Positions 10,888-20,986 of a DNA stretch of 64,000 nt are shown one piece after another. The notes under the pieces were generated by a model. The model was not told the origin of the DNA. It searched no databases and was given only the letters and a program-made list of their open reading frames with translations. The number at the start of each line of letters is the position of its first letter. Position 1 is the first letter of the stretch. Position numbers and translations under genes: made by a program. Origin of the DNA: an uncultured Verrucomicrobiae bacterium (lineage in GTDB: Bacteria > Chlamydiota > Chlamydiia > Chlamydiales > Rhabdochlamydiaceae). The stretch spans positions 96,001 through 160,000 of the forward strand of contig CAWDYW010000003.1 of the NCBI GenBank assembly GCA_963806855.1, given 5' to 3'.

Positions 10888-11012
10888 CGAGTTGCAATTT
10901 GTATTATCTTAAAATTTGAATATTAATGACTTACATTTGTTTTTTAAAAAATAATTTACTTAAAATATTTATTGTATTTAAAATCAATGAACAATTTGCT
11001 ATAATGTTAGCT

Positions 11013-11801
11013 ATGGCAATAATTCAAAATTCATACAATATCTTAAAACATAGTGCAATTGGCATTGTTGCTGGTCATATAATATTTGAGCTTAATAGTA
11101 ATGTGGTTTCTGTCTGCTATTCTAGTACTAGTGAGTTGGGTAACTATCTTTGCCTAAAGTCTGCTAAATTTTTCGATCCCAGTAATTTAGCTTTAATTTT
11201 TAATCCCATTCATAATTTGTATAGATCAATTTCTATAGCTACAAACTTTTTTCCAGATTTTTTACAATTAAAAGCCTCAAGCTGCTCGTTTTTTTCTTTG
11301 CTGCTTGAGAATTCATATAATTTAAATAATCTAATTAAATCAGAGGAATCCTCACAAATCTATTCGGTAGGGGCACAACGCTATTTAGAAATCTATAATG
11401 AATGTTGTTTGGTAAATAGTTCTGAAAGAATCGCTTTGATATTTGCAGAGGAGTTGATTTTTAGATTAGTCATTCAAAAAATAGTTCTACTTTCTATTGC
11501 AAAACTATTACCAAATCGCATTAAATCAGTTCTTTCACACTCCACTTATAGAATTTTTGTAACATCTTTGATCTTTGCTTTTTGTCACACTCATCGTCAA
11601 ATGGTATTACCTCAATTCCTTGTCGGGTTAATAGATGGGGTTTTATTTGAAAAATATGGACTTCTGACAGCCATAATTGCACACTCCGCGCATAACATTT
11701 GGGCATATCAATACAATAGAAATAGATGCGATAGAGTTATTACTGAAGCTTTCGAGCGACAAAATAATGCCGTAGATCAATTTTTGAAAACTTCTCTCTA
11801 A
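11013..11801 (+). CDS. CPBP/Abi family intramembrane glutamic metalloprotease
   Basis: EELIFR, FAFCH, HSAHN motifs; very AT-rich; start uncertain (frame open from 10926). Confidence 0.8.
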   Translation: MAIIQNSYNILKHSAIGIVAGHIIFELNSNVVSVCYSSTSELGNYLCLKSAKFFDPSNLALIFNPIHNLYRSISIATNFFPDFLQLKASSCSFFSLLLENSYNLNNLIKSEESSQIYSVGAQRYLEIYNECCLVNSSERIALIFAEELIFRLVIQKIVLLSIAKLLPNRIKSVLSHSTYRIFVTSLIFAFCHTHRQMVLPQFLVGLIDGVLFEKYGLLTAIIAHSAHNIWAYQYNRNRCDRVITEAFERQNNAVDQFLKTSL

Positions 11802-12194
11802 TATCAGTTCATAATTTTGAGCGGCTTCAAGCATTTCTAAAAAATAACAGAGATTCTGTTGTCAAGTGCAAGATTTAAAGCAGTTTGAAATGGGAAACCT
11901 TGAGCAAGCCTAGATAGCTCGCAGGTTACGCAATTTTTACGCACTAGACTGCAAAAAAAGAGGTGTAAACCAAATGAGCCCAGTGAAAATGCAAGCTACT
12001 CAACATGCTGATTTCTTTATGCTTATGTATTGCAGTTTATTCCAGCTGGCTGATGGGATAGCGACTTAAAATCTCTTATTTCGTCTGCTTATGCTCTTCA
12101 CAAGCATGGACAGCTTCCAGTAGCACCAAAAACCGTTGAAAACTAAAATAATAACCTCAACCGACCGCAGCAATGCGGTCGGGGGTTTTCCCCA

Positions 12195-12881
12195 ATGCGC
12201 AAATTAATATTCTTACTCACATTTTTACCCATTTTTCTTTCTGCAGCTGAATCGGTCTACTGCTTGCATGGCTTTATGCGCAGGCCCTCTTCTATGCAAC
12301 CCATGGCATATGCATTCCAAAGAGAGGGCTATGAGGCGCATTCATGGGGCTACCCTAGTCGTGATAAGACGATACAAGAGCATGCTGGGTCTTTAGTACA
12401 AGAGCTTCAAGTTACGGCTGAACGCAATCCCAATGAGCCTATCCATTTTGTCACGCATAGCCTGGGCGGGATTATTGTCCGAGCAGCACTCAATCACCCC
12501 GACTGTCCAAAAGAGGCAAAAATAGGAAGAGCCGTTCTCCTTGGCCCACCAAATCAGGGAAGCCGTTTTGGAGGCACTATGAACAATTTCAAGCCAGTCC
12601 AAAAACTCTTTGGTAAGAAAGCAGGCAGAGAACTTCTTCAAGGAGAAACTTTTGACTACATTGGGCAGTTCCCAAATAGCATGGAAGTTTTGGTCATCGC
12701 CGGTACATTCGGTTGGAATCCATTTGTAGGAGAGCTAAATGATGGATTGGTAGGAGTCAAGGAATCGAGATTAAAAACTCCTCACCAACAGATGATCGTT
12801 TTTTCTGGCCATGCGTGGATCATGTATTCTGATACGATTATCAATTATGCTGTAAAGTTTATTTCAAGTTCGACTGGTTGA
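12195..12881 (+). CDS. Secreted alpha/beta hydrolase (lipase-like)
   Basis: Signal peptide, LHG, THSLGG nucleophile elbow, GPPNQGS, NDGLV. Confidence 0.88.
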   Translation: MRKLIFLLTFLPIFLSAAESVYCLHGFMRRPSSMQPMAYAFQREGYEAHSWGYPSRDKTIQEHAGSLVQELQVTAERNPNEPIHFVTHSLGGIIVRAALNHPDCPKEAKIGRAVLLGPPNQGSRFGGTMNNFKPVQKLFGKKAGRELLQGETFDYIGQFPNSMEVLVIAGTFGWNPFVGELNDGLVGVKESRLKTPHQQMIVFSGHAWIMYSDTIINYAVKFISSSTG

Positions 12882-12929
12882 TTTATTGGCTGATTTTCGG
12901 TATATTTTGCTTCTTTTTGGGAGGTTAGT

Positions 12930-13388
12930 ATGAAAAAAGTATTATTTTTTTTATTAATAAGTTCATTCACAACGCTTGCCTATTCGGAGGAAAACTCTCG
13001 GTTTGTCTATGGTGAGATTCAAACAATTGGAGGATTGCCGTTAACTGGAGTCGGCTGGAGAATGAAAAAAGAGCATCACGGCGTAGATTTTTCCACCTCT
13101 TTTTTACCACTAAATGCATTTCATCCTTTCGTATTCCATGCAAAAACCCAATACCTCTTTTATCCCAAAACGACAAATGGCCTATATGGTGGTATTGGGC
13201 TTGGCCTTTTTAATGAACCCGAGTCCATTAAAGGTATCTCAGGTTCGTTTGAGCCGAGTATTGGTTACCAGTGGTATCCGGCTGAAAAAGTTCACCTGTT
13301 TATAGAGGCGACCGGCATTGTTCCCTTCAAAAAACCGGAAGGAGCTGCAAGGGTGTGGCCAGGGATTTCTTTCGGAATTGGATATTAG
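12930..13388 (+). CDS. Hypothetical exported protein, possible small outer-membrane beta-barrel
   Basis: Signal peptide, amphipathic beta pattern, C-terminal aromatic (GISFGIGY). Confidence 0.6.
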   Translation: MKKVLFFLLISSFTTLAYSEENSRFVYGEIQTIGGLPLTGVGWRMKKEHHGVDFSTSFLPLNAFHPFVFHAKTQYLFYPKTTNGLYGGIGLGLFNEPESIKGISGSFEPSIGYQWYPAEKVHLFIEATGIVPFKKPEGAARVWPGISFGIGY

Positions 13389-13548
13389 TTTTCTAAAATC
13401 CCTTATTGAAAAAAATATGTTGAGGCATTTAAAAAAGGAATGCTCGGGTTTGCACTTTTTGCAACTACCTCTAAAGGTATAAATTTTCTTGTTGAAAATC
13501 CTCGCGCTGATCAAAATTACTGCCAAAAACTAAATTTTAGGTTAGCTT

Positions 13549-13860
13549 ATGGACAATCTCAGAAAGCTCATTGTTTTCAATGGGAAAAACATCAGACGAG
13601 TCTTGCATGAAAATGAATGGTGGTTTGTTGTTAAAGATATCATCGAGGCTTTAGTAGACACCTCAAACTCAACTGATTATATAAAAAAAATGAGGTCGCG
13701 CGACCCATTCCTTTCCAAAGGATGGGGACAAATTGTCACCCCCCTTTCTATCGATACATCAGGCGGCAAGCAAAATTTGAATTGCGCAAATACCGAAGGA
13801 ATCTTCCGCATTATTCAATCAATTCCATCGCCTAAAGCGGACATTTCTGATCTCCGCTAA
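13549..13860 (+). pseudogene. Truncated Bro-N (antirepressor-like) protein
   Basis: Parallels 50447..51310 up to RIIQSIPSPKA, then stops after 6 unrelated codons. Confidence 0.8.
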
Positions 13861-13972
13861 CACGATTAAAAAACGTTTTATAGGAAAATTTTCAAAGAAA
13901 GCCCGGGATTTTTAAGATGATTTCAGCTATAATTTTTTATAAAATATTGCTTAAATAAGAGGAATAATAACG

Positions 13973-15379
13973 ATGATGTCAGTAACCCCAACTTCTGCAT
14001 TCAACACTGGTGCAGGACCAATCCAAACGATGAGGTCAACACTTCCTCATGAGATTAGAAATCATGAGCTCTCTGAAAGATTAAATGTTGCATTGCAAAT
14101 CGGACGACAAGCTGGGCAAGCCATTCTAGCTGTTAAAGAATCGAGAAATTTACAAACTCAAATAAAAGCAGATAACACCCCCGTTACAGAGGCCGACCAA
14201 GCCTCCAATCATGTTATTTGCCAGACAATCAACCAGCATTATCCAACAGATGGGATTCTTTCTGAAGAAACTATTACTGGAAAGAAAATCCTAAATGACG
14301 CCATCGAAAAAGGGGTTAATGCTAAATATACCTGGGTGATTGATCCTTTGGATGGCACAAAAGCTTTTATTAAGGGTGTAGATCCCAAGGCTTTAAATCT
14401 TGATCCACGATATCAAGGCAAACATTATGGTGTGCATATTGGTTTATTAAGAGAAGGAACCCCGATTTTAGGCGTCAATTATTATCCTGAAATCGATACT
14501 CTTTATTTTGCTTTAGATGGTTTTGCTTATAAACAAATCGGAGATGCCCCCGCAAAGCGGATTAGCAATCAACCTGTCTCTGGTGTTAAGCCTGTTCTTA
14601 ATCCTACCGAAGCGGAACGGGCTATGATTGGCAAGATCTATCAAAAACTGTTAGGAGAAGCAGAAATGCTAAAATTTAATGAGCAGGGCCTTTTCCTCGA
14701 CAGCTTTGGATATAAGATGATCTCTATTGCGGAAGGTAATGAGTGCAATCTGTTTATTGCCCCGGCAAAGGGACCAGGATTTTGGGATGTGTGCTCAATG
14801 GTTCCATTTGTTAAGGCAGCTGGAGGTCAGGTGACAGACTGGGAAGGAAATCCCATCAACTTTCAAGATATGAGCCAAAAAGGTCTTTTACCTAAAGGAG
14901 TCATCATCTCCATGGATCCTGTCCTGCATAAAAAGATTATTGGCATTATTGCTGGAGCTGCCGATTATCCCGGGATTCGAGGGGATTTTGTCCTTACACA
15001 AGATAGTTGGAAGAATCCAATTGGAACTGGTACGCGGACTATCGCCTTAAAAAGTACTACTAAGGATTCGCTTGTTGAAGAAGTTTGCCTTTATGGTCAC
15101 TCCGATGGAAAATTGTCTATTGGGGTTCAGTTCAATCAAGTTAATCATGCGCTTATAAACTATTTACAAGCACAGGGCCTAGAAGTAAAATTGTCTAATT
15201 TTACTAATAACAGGTCTTTTTTTGTTAATGACCTTCAAGCTAATAAGATAGTTCTTGATGTTTTCGAATCTAATAATCAAATCCAAGCTGAGCCCTTTGC
15301 TCGAATTCGGGAGATTGTGGAGAAAGGAAGTTGTGAGCCCTTTACAACAGGGCTAGACTTTATGGAAGAGTGGTATTAA
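13973..15379 (+). CDS. Inositol monophosphatase/CysQ-family phosphatase with C-terminal extension
   Basis: PVTEAD, LSEE, WVIDPLDGT, WDV motifs; extra ~140 aa C-terminal domain. Confidence 0.85.
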   Translation: MMSVTPTSAFNTGAGPIQTMRSTLPHEIRNHELSERLNVALQIGRQAGQAILAVKESRNLQTQIKADNTPVTEADQASNHVICQTINQHYPTDGILSEETITGKKILNDAIEKGVNAKYTWVIDPLDGTKAFIKGVDPKALNLDPRYQGKHYGVHIGLLREGTPILGVNYYPEIDTLYFALDGFAYKQIGDAPAKRISNQPVSGVKPVLNPTEAERAMIGKIYQKLLGEAEMLKFNEQGLFLDSFGYKMISIAEGNECNLFIAPAKGPGFWDVCSMVPFVKAAGGQVTDWEGNPINFQDMSQKGLLPKGVIISMDPVLHKKIIGIIAGAADYPGIRGDFVLTQDSWKNPIGTGTRTIALKSTTKDSLVEEVCLYGHSDGKLSIGVQFNQVNHALINYLQAQGLEVKLSNFTNNRSFFVNDLQANKIVLDVFESNNQIQAEPFARIREIVEKGSCEPFTTGLDFMEEWY

Positions 15380-15463
15380 GCACTAAGTTTTCTTAGTGCT
15401 TATATGCCCGTTCGTTTCAAAGGCACCTAATAGGACTGAATTGAAAGCTCACGCGATTAAGAA

Positions 15464-15530
15464 ACCGAAATAACCTGAAGAATCGGAATTTTGCAAGGAA
15501 GCGGCACAAATTTTCATTTTCTGGAGCTGG
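15464..15530 (-). repeat. Degenerate partial copy of the palindromic element at 16642 (inverted)
   Basis: accgaaataacctgaagaatcgg...gcggcacaaatttt matches the reverse complement of 16642..16749. Confidence 0.75.
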
Positions 15531-15562
15531 AACCTCAAACGCCTCTGAATTAAAGGCTCCCT

Positions 15563-16375
15563 TTGCTGCTGAATATGTTATCGCGCTCTTCAAAGTCAAT
15601 AAACTCAAACCGAATTTTCTCATATGCCCATCTTTTGACAGGGCGAGACCATCGGGCGTTGCTAAAACTGAATTTTGAATCACCTAGTTGGCCTTATGGA
15701 ATTTCACCCGAGAACATACTTTGGAAACAACACCCAAGAAATCGACGCATTGCAGAAGTATTTTTGAAATGTGGCCTTGTTGATCGCTCCGGCCAGGGTG
15801 CAAATCTCATGTTTAAAGAAACCATCTGTCAAGGCAAGCCTCTTCCCAATTTTGATCATACTAATGAAACTCAAGTCTTTCTAACACTGCCTGGCCAAAT
15901 TCAAGACCTGCCTTTTCTACGCTTTTTAGAAAAAGTGGGGCAGGAACGACTGAAGAGTTTTGCAATAGAAGATTTTCTTATTTTGGATTTGGTGCATAGA
16001 GAAGAGCCTATACCTCAAAAGTGGTTGTCGAATGTCAAAAATTTGGTCGAGATGGGCGTTTTAGAAAAATTTAGCCGAGGCAGGGGAGTTCGATATTTAT
16101 TCTCTCGTCGTTACTATAGCTTTATTGGAAAAAGGGGGACATATACTCGTAAACGAGGACTGGACCGAGAGACCAATAAAAAGCTGCTATTAAAGCATAT
16201 TAGTGAACAAACTCTTACAGGAAGTCGCCTTCAAGAATTAATGCAAGTACTGCCGATGCTCAGTAATAATCAAGTTCAATCATTGTTGAGAGAGCTCAAG
16301 GAGGCTGATCTCGTTTATAAACAAGGGACTACTCGAGGTGCTCTCTGGTTCCGAACTTCAATTGCGTTTGAATAA
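15563..16375 (+). pseudogene. 5'-truncated ATP-binding (RecG-C/HATPase_c_4 type, AlbA-associated) protein
   Basis: ESP...GISPENIL...PRNRRIAE...GLVDRSGQG and C-terminal wHTH segments; N-terminal domain missing. Confidence 0.7.
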
Positions 16376-16457
16376 GCAAAAAAACGCAATCATAACGCAA
16401 TTCAATCGACTTAACATTCACAAAATAAGGCCGTTGTGATTTTAGTAAAGATGCGGT

Positions 16458-16632
16458 TCAGTGCAATCCAATGCCAAACTTGATCTGCTTACCGGCGCGG
16501 GTAAAGTGATGCTCCGGGTTATTGCCAGATCGTTTGCATGACTCCATGGCTTTTTCGATGGCATTTTTAAATCTATCATTTGGAATACCCCAAACACGGT
16601 TGAAGGTTGCCTGCGCTCCAATGTTCTATTCC
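16458..16632 (-). pseudogene. dinD: DNA-damage-inducible protein D (DinD) N-terminal remnant
   Basis: GIEHWSAGNLQPCLGYSK, frameshift, then DRFKNAIEKAMESCKRSGNNPEHHF. Confidence 0.65.
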
Positions 16633-16641
16633 GCATGAAGT

Positions 16642-16749
16642 TATACCGAAACAACCTGAAGAATCGGTTTTCGATGTCGCTCGCTCCAGACTCCAAAATT
16701 TGTGCCGCCTCCTTATCTAATTCCCGATTCTTCAGGTTGTTTCGGTATA
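16642..16749. mobile_element. Palindromic MITE-like element, family A
   Basis: Perfect terminal IR tataccgaaacaacctgaagaatcgg / ccgattcttcaggttgtttcggtata; partial copies at 15464 and 35519. Confidence 0.85.
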
Positions 16750-16789
16750 GATTATTTTAAAATAGTCTTTTTATAATTAAGAATTCCAG

Positions 16790-16818
16790 TTGATCGAAAA
16801 AAGGTTTTTTTGTAAAAT
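16790..16818 (+). promoter_or_regulatory. Sigma66/70-type promoter for the brnQ leader
   Basis: TTGATC-N17-TAAAAT. Confidence 0.6.
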
Positions 16819-16854
16819 GGTAAATATATTCCAGCCATGGGGCGGAGTGCAATA

Positions 16855-16947
16855 ATGAACCACTATGAATCTACATCTTTCGGCTTAGATTCTACACTTG
16901 TCAGTTATCGACAAGTGCTGGTGGTGTGCGCGTGCGCGCTTAAATAA
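16855..16947 (+). CDS. Putative Val/Leu-rich leader peptide
   Basis: MNHYESTSFGLDSTLVSYRQVLVVCACALK*; GGAG upstream; directly 5' of brnQ. Confidence 0.5.
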   Translation: MNHYESTSFGLDSTLVSYRQVLVVCACALK

Positions 16948-17044
16948 ATTGCATTTCTTACCCATCAATATCTTTTTTCTCCCACAGACTCTTAGAGATC
17001 AAAGCCTTTAATGGGCAAGAAGTGCCAACCATTATAGGATAGTT

Positions 17045-18193
17045 ATGTCAATACAAGAAAAGTCATTTCCGATACCAAAAAAGAAATCGAGCTTATTCAC
17101 GACGGGCTTGGCTCTTTTTTCTATGTTTTTCGGAGCGGGGAATTTAATTTTTCCTCTTTTAATTGGAAAATCGGTCGGTCAAAATGTCTGGTTTGCCATT
17201 TCAGGCCTTGGGCTAACCGCAGTTGTGATACCCTTCTTGGGACTTGCAGCCATGGTTTTGTTTCAGGCTGACTACAATCGCTTTTTTGGCCGATTTGGAA
17301 AAATCCCAGGCATGTTGCTGCTGTTGCTTTTACAACTCATACTCGGTCCATTTGGGGTCATTCCTCGGCTGGTAGCTCTTATGCATGCCACAGTGGAGCC
17401 CTATTTGTTTGGCATGCCATTGATGATGTTTAGTATTCTTATAGCGGTTGTCATTTTTGGATGTAGCTTTAAACGACAAAAGTTAATCGGCTTTTTAGGG
17501 GCCTATTTAACACCCATTCTATTGCTCTCTTTGGCGGCTTTGGTATTTTTTGGCCTTAGCGATGGGGCTTCGTTGAATCCTGTATCTCCTCCGGCGAGGG
17601 ATAGTTTTATGCAGGGATTATTGGGTGGATATAACACCATGGATCTCATCGCGGCATTTCTTTTTGCCACTGTTATTCTGCCTCACTTTCAACAAGAGTC
17701 AGAACTGGAACATCCAATGCAAAGACGACGGTCGCTCTTGAAAAAGATGTTATTTTCTAGCCTCATTGCTGCCTCCTTATTATTTTTGACCTATATTGGC
17801 CTTTGTTTGATTTCTGCCCATCATGGATGGAGGTTAGATCCCTCTTATCCCCCAGAACAGATGCTTGGAGCCATCGCGATCAAACTACTAGGCCCAGTTG
17901 GAGGGTGCATTGCTGCAGTAGCCGTTTTTACAGCCTGTTTGACAACAGCGATAACCTTGTCTTCGATTTTTGCAGATTACTTGAGAAAGGATCTTTGTAA
18001 GGAGAAAATCAGTCCTACTTTAGCGCTAATTCTAACCCTGGTTATAGTGACTCTTTTTGCGAGTTTGGGATTTGGAGGCATTTCTGCATTCTTGAACCCA
18101 ATTGTGCAGATCGTTTATCCCGGTTTGATTCTACTTACTTTTCTGAATCTGCTGCATTATCTATATCTGCATCGCGCAGTGAAGAAGCTTTAA
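17045..18193 (+). CDS. brnQ: Branched-chain amino acid transporter (LIVCS family)
   Basis: GLALFSMFFGAGNLIFP, GYNTMD, ACLTTA. Confidence 0.95.
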   Translation: MSIQEKSFPIPKKKSSLFTTGLALFSMFFGAGNLIFPLLIGKSVGQNVWFAISGLGLTAVVIPFLGLAAMVLFQADYNRFFGRFGKIPGMLLLLLLQLILGPFGVIPRLVALMHATVEPYLFGMPLMMFSILIAVVIFGCSFKRQKLIGFLGAYLTPILLLSLAALVFFGLSDGASLNPVSPPARDSFMQGLLGGYNTMDLIAAFLFATVILPHFQQESELEHPMQRRRSLLKKMLFSSLIAASLLFLTYIGLCLISAHHGWRLDPSYPPEQMLGAIAIKLLGPVGGCIAAVAVFTACLTTAITLSSIFADYLRKDLCKEKISPTLALILTLVIVTLFASLGFGGISAFLNPIVQIVYPGLILLTFLNLLHYLYLHRAVKKL

Positions 18194-20859
18194 CTGAGCC
18201 AATAGTTATATTTTTTGATGAACCAAACTTTTACGATCTGGGTGAGACCGCAATAGCAAATTAGGGTTGCGATTAACCAGGGGAAATAGCTTAGGGGTAA
18301 AGGAACCAGGCCTATACTTGCTCCGATCGACGAATAGGGGAGGAAAACCCCGACGGCCATAATGATCGCTGTGGTAAAGAGCAGTGGAAGGGATGCGATG
18401 CTTTGAATAAAGGGAATCTTTTTGGTTCGAATCATATGGACAATCAAAGTTTGCGATAAGAGCCCCTCGATAAACCAACCTGATTGAAATAGAGCTTGAT
18501 TAGCTAGGGTGCTGGCCCCGAAATAAAACCACATGATGGCAAATGTGGTATAGTCAAAGATAGAGCTGATGGGTCCAATAAATAGGGTGAATTTGGCGAT
18601 GCCAGCTGGATTCCATTTACGTGGTTTGAGTAAGAAATCTTGATCGACGTGGTCAAAAGGGATGGCGACTTGCGAAATATCGTACAAGAGGTTTTGGACC
18701 AATATTTGGATCGCTTGCATAGGCAGAAATGGAAGAATAGCGCTTGCGCCAAGGATGCTAAACACATTCCCAAAATTCGAACTAAGAGCCATTTTTATGT
18801 ATTTAATAATATTACCAAAAGTTTTACGCCCTTCGATAACCCCCAGACCTAAAAAGAGGAGATTTTTTTCGAGCATGATGATATCGGCAGCTTCTTTTGC
18901 GATGTCAACACCCGTATCGACCGAAATGCTAATATCTGCTTCATGTAGTCCGGGGGCATCATTGATCCCATCTCCCAGAAAACCGACGGTGTGCCCATTG
19001 GCTTTTAATGCAGTAATAACGCGAGATTTTTGGAGTGGGGAAACTTTAGTAAATATGGTGGTTTTTTCGACTAAATCGTTGAGCTGGGGATCGGTCAATT
19101 TTTCAATTTGAGCCCCTGTCAGAGATCCTTCAATATTTAGATTGACCCAACTGCAAATTTTCCGGGTAACTAACTCATTATCTCCAGTTAATATTTTTAC
19201 TTGAATGGCATACTCTTTCAATTTTGTAAGAGCTTCCGCTGTGGATCCTTTGGGAGGATCCAGAAAAGCTAACAAACCTAAGACAATTAAGTGGTTTTCG
19301 TCTGTAGGTCGATATTCTTTAGCCCCTTGGTTGGGAACTTCCTTATAGGCCAAAATTAATACGCGAAGGCCATCTTCATTCAAGTCGTTTTTTAGGCGAT
19401 TAATCTGTCCTAAAATCTCAGCTGTCAAAGGAACAACTGAACCATTCACTTTGGCCTCAGTACAGATTTCTAATAGTTCTTCGGCCGCTCCTTTACAAAT
19501 TAATAGATTCTTTCCAGAACCATTTTCTACGATGACAGACATCCTACGACGGGTAAAATCGAAAGGGATTTCATCGACCTTTCGATAGTTTTTATCTAAA
19601 TTTAAACGTTTCTCAACTTCTTCGCTATATTCGAGAACTGCAATATCTAATAGGTTTCTTAAGCCCGTTTGATAGTAGCTATTAAGATAGCCATAATTTA
19701 GCACTTCAGTACTATCTTCACCTTCAACATTTAAATATTTATCAAGGATGATCTTATCTTGGGTCAGTGTCCCTGTTTTATCAGCACAAAGCACATCCAT
19801 CGCTCCAAAATTCTGGATGGCATTGAGTCTTTTCACCACCACTTTTTCTTTGGACATGTTGAGCGCGCCTCGAGCCAAGTTGGCAGTGACAATCATCGGC
19901 AGCATTTCAGGTGTGAGTCCAACGGCTACAGAAAGTGCAAAAAGGAAGGCTTCAAACCAAGAGCCTTTTGTAAACCCGTTTAGAAAAAAAACAATTGGCA
20001 CCATCACAAGCATAAAGCGGATTAGCAACCAACTGACTTTATTGACGCCAATATCAAAGCTTGTTAGGGGCCGATGCCCAATAATGCTTTTTGCCATGGA
20101 GCCAAAGTAGGTCAGATGGCCGGACGTGACGATGACAGCTAAGGCCGTTCCGTTGAGCACACTGGTCCCCATATAACACATATTGGGCATCTCGAGCGGA
20201 TTCACAGAATCGGTGGATTTGAAAGATTCATCCTTTTCAACAGGCAAAGATTCTCCGGTTAGGGATCCTTGGCTGACATAGACGTCCTTGGCAGAAATTA
20301 AGCGGACATCGGCTGGGATCATATCACCGGCAGAGAGGTAAATGATATCTCCAGGCACCAAATATTTGATTTCTATCTCCTCTCTCTTTGGTTTTGAATC
20401 TTCAGTTTCACGTCGCAGCACGGTCGCTTTTGTACTGACTAAGGCCTTGAGTTTTTCTGCAGCTTGATTGGAGCGGTATTCTTGGAAAAAACGCATGATC
20501 ACGCTGATTAAAACCATGACGGAAATAATATAGACAGCTTCGATCTCACCAATCAAAAAGGAGACGAGGGCTAGAAGCATTAGTAAGATGATAAAGGGAT
20601 TAGCAAAATTTTTTAGTAATAAAGCGTACCAGGAAGGAGGTCTTTCATGTGCAATTTGGTTTAACCCAAACTGTTTAATTCTCTCTTGAGCGTCCGACTC
20701 CAATAACCCGTCGCTGCTCGTATGCAATGTCTGAAGTAATTCGGGAAGGGGCATTTTTGCATAGTTAACTAGAGCCGCCTCAATCAACTTATTCTGATTG
20801 TTGTGGCTGTCTTTGGGCCTGAGCCGTGAGTGCAAAGCCTGATAAATTTTTAGGAACAT
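18190..20859 (-). CDS. mgtA: Magnesium-translocating P-type ATPase
   Basis: LTGES, GLTPEMLP, DKTGTLT, GDGIND, QNLLYD; ATG at 20859 with AGAGG RBS. Confidence 0.95.
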   Translation of the reverse strand: MFLKIYQALHSRLRPKDSHNNQNKLIEAALVNYAKMPLPELLQTLHTSSDGLLESDAQERIKQFGLNQIAHERPPSWYALLLKNFANPFIILLMLLALVSFLIGEIEAVYIISVMVLISVIMRFFQEYRSNQAAEKLKALVSTKATVLRRETEDSKPKREEIEIKYLVPGDIIYLSAGDMIPADVRLISAKDVYVSQGSLTGESLPVEKDESFKSTDSVNPLEMPNMCYMGTSVLNGTALAVIVTSGHLTYFGSMAKSIIGHRPLTSFDIGVNKVSWLLIRFMLVMVPIVFFLNGFTKGSWFEAFLFALSVAVGLTPEMLPMIVTANLARGALNMSKEKVVVKRLNAIQNFGAMDVLCADKTGTLTQDKIILDKYLNVEGEDSTEVLNYGYLNSYYQTGLRNLLDIAVLEYSEEVEKRLNLDKNYRKVDEIPFDFTRRRMSVIVENGSGKNLLICKGAAEELLEICTEAKVNGSVVPLTAEILGQINRLKNDLNEDGLRVLILAYKEVPNQGAKEYRPTDENHLIVLGLLAFLDPPKGSTAEALTKLKEYAIQVKILTGDNELVTRKICSWVNLNIEGSLTGAQIEKLTDPQLNDLVEKTTIFTKVSPLQKSRVITALKANGHTVGFLGDGINDAPGLHEADISISVDTGVDIAKEAADIIMLEKNLLFLGLGVIEGRKTFGNIIKYIKMALSSNFGNVFSILGASAILPFLPMQAIQILVQNLLYDISQVAIPFDHVDQDFLLKPRKWNPAGIAKFTLFIGPISSIFDYTTFAIMWFYFGASTLANQALFQSGWFIEGLLSQTLIVHMIRTKKIPFIQSIASLPLLFTTAIIMAVGVFLPYSSIGASIGLVPLPLSYFPWLIATLICYCGLTQIVKVWFIKKYNYWLS

Positions 20860-20986
20860 TGGACCTCTTGCATAACTATGGTTCTTTTGAACCGATTTTC
20901 GATTCAAATTGCAGGGGTAATATCGACTGGTATATACTCAAGCTTCCCAAATTTTCCAAGTGCTAAAAATTTGCTCCAGGAAGGAA

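Noticed and set aside
11860..11950. Weak inverted repeat gtcaagtgc...gcactagac as another MITE
   Set aside because: Short, imperfect and single-copy in the window
16855..16990. T-box riboswitch before brnQ
   Set aside because: No T-box consensus, specifier stem or terminator/antiterminator recognisable
20860..20986. mgtL-type leader or Mg2+ riboswitch before mgtA
   Set aside because: No Pro-rich uORF or M-box pattern seen in the short intergenic region
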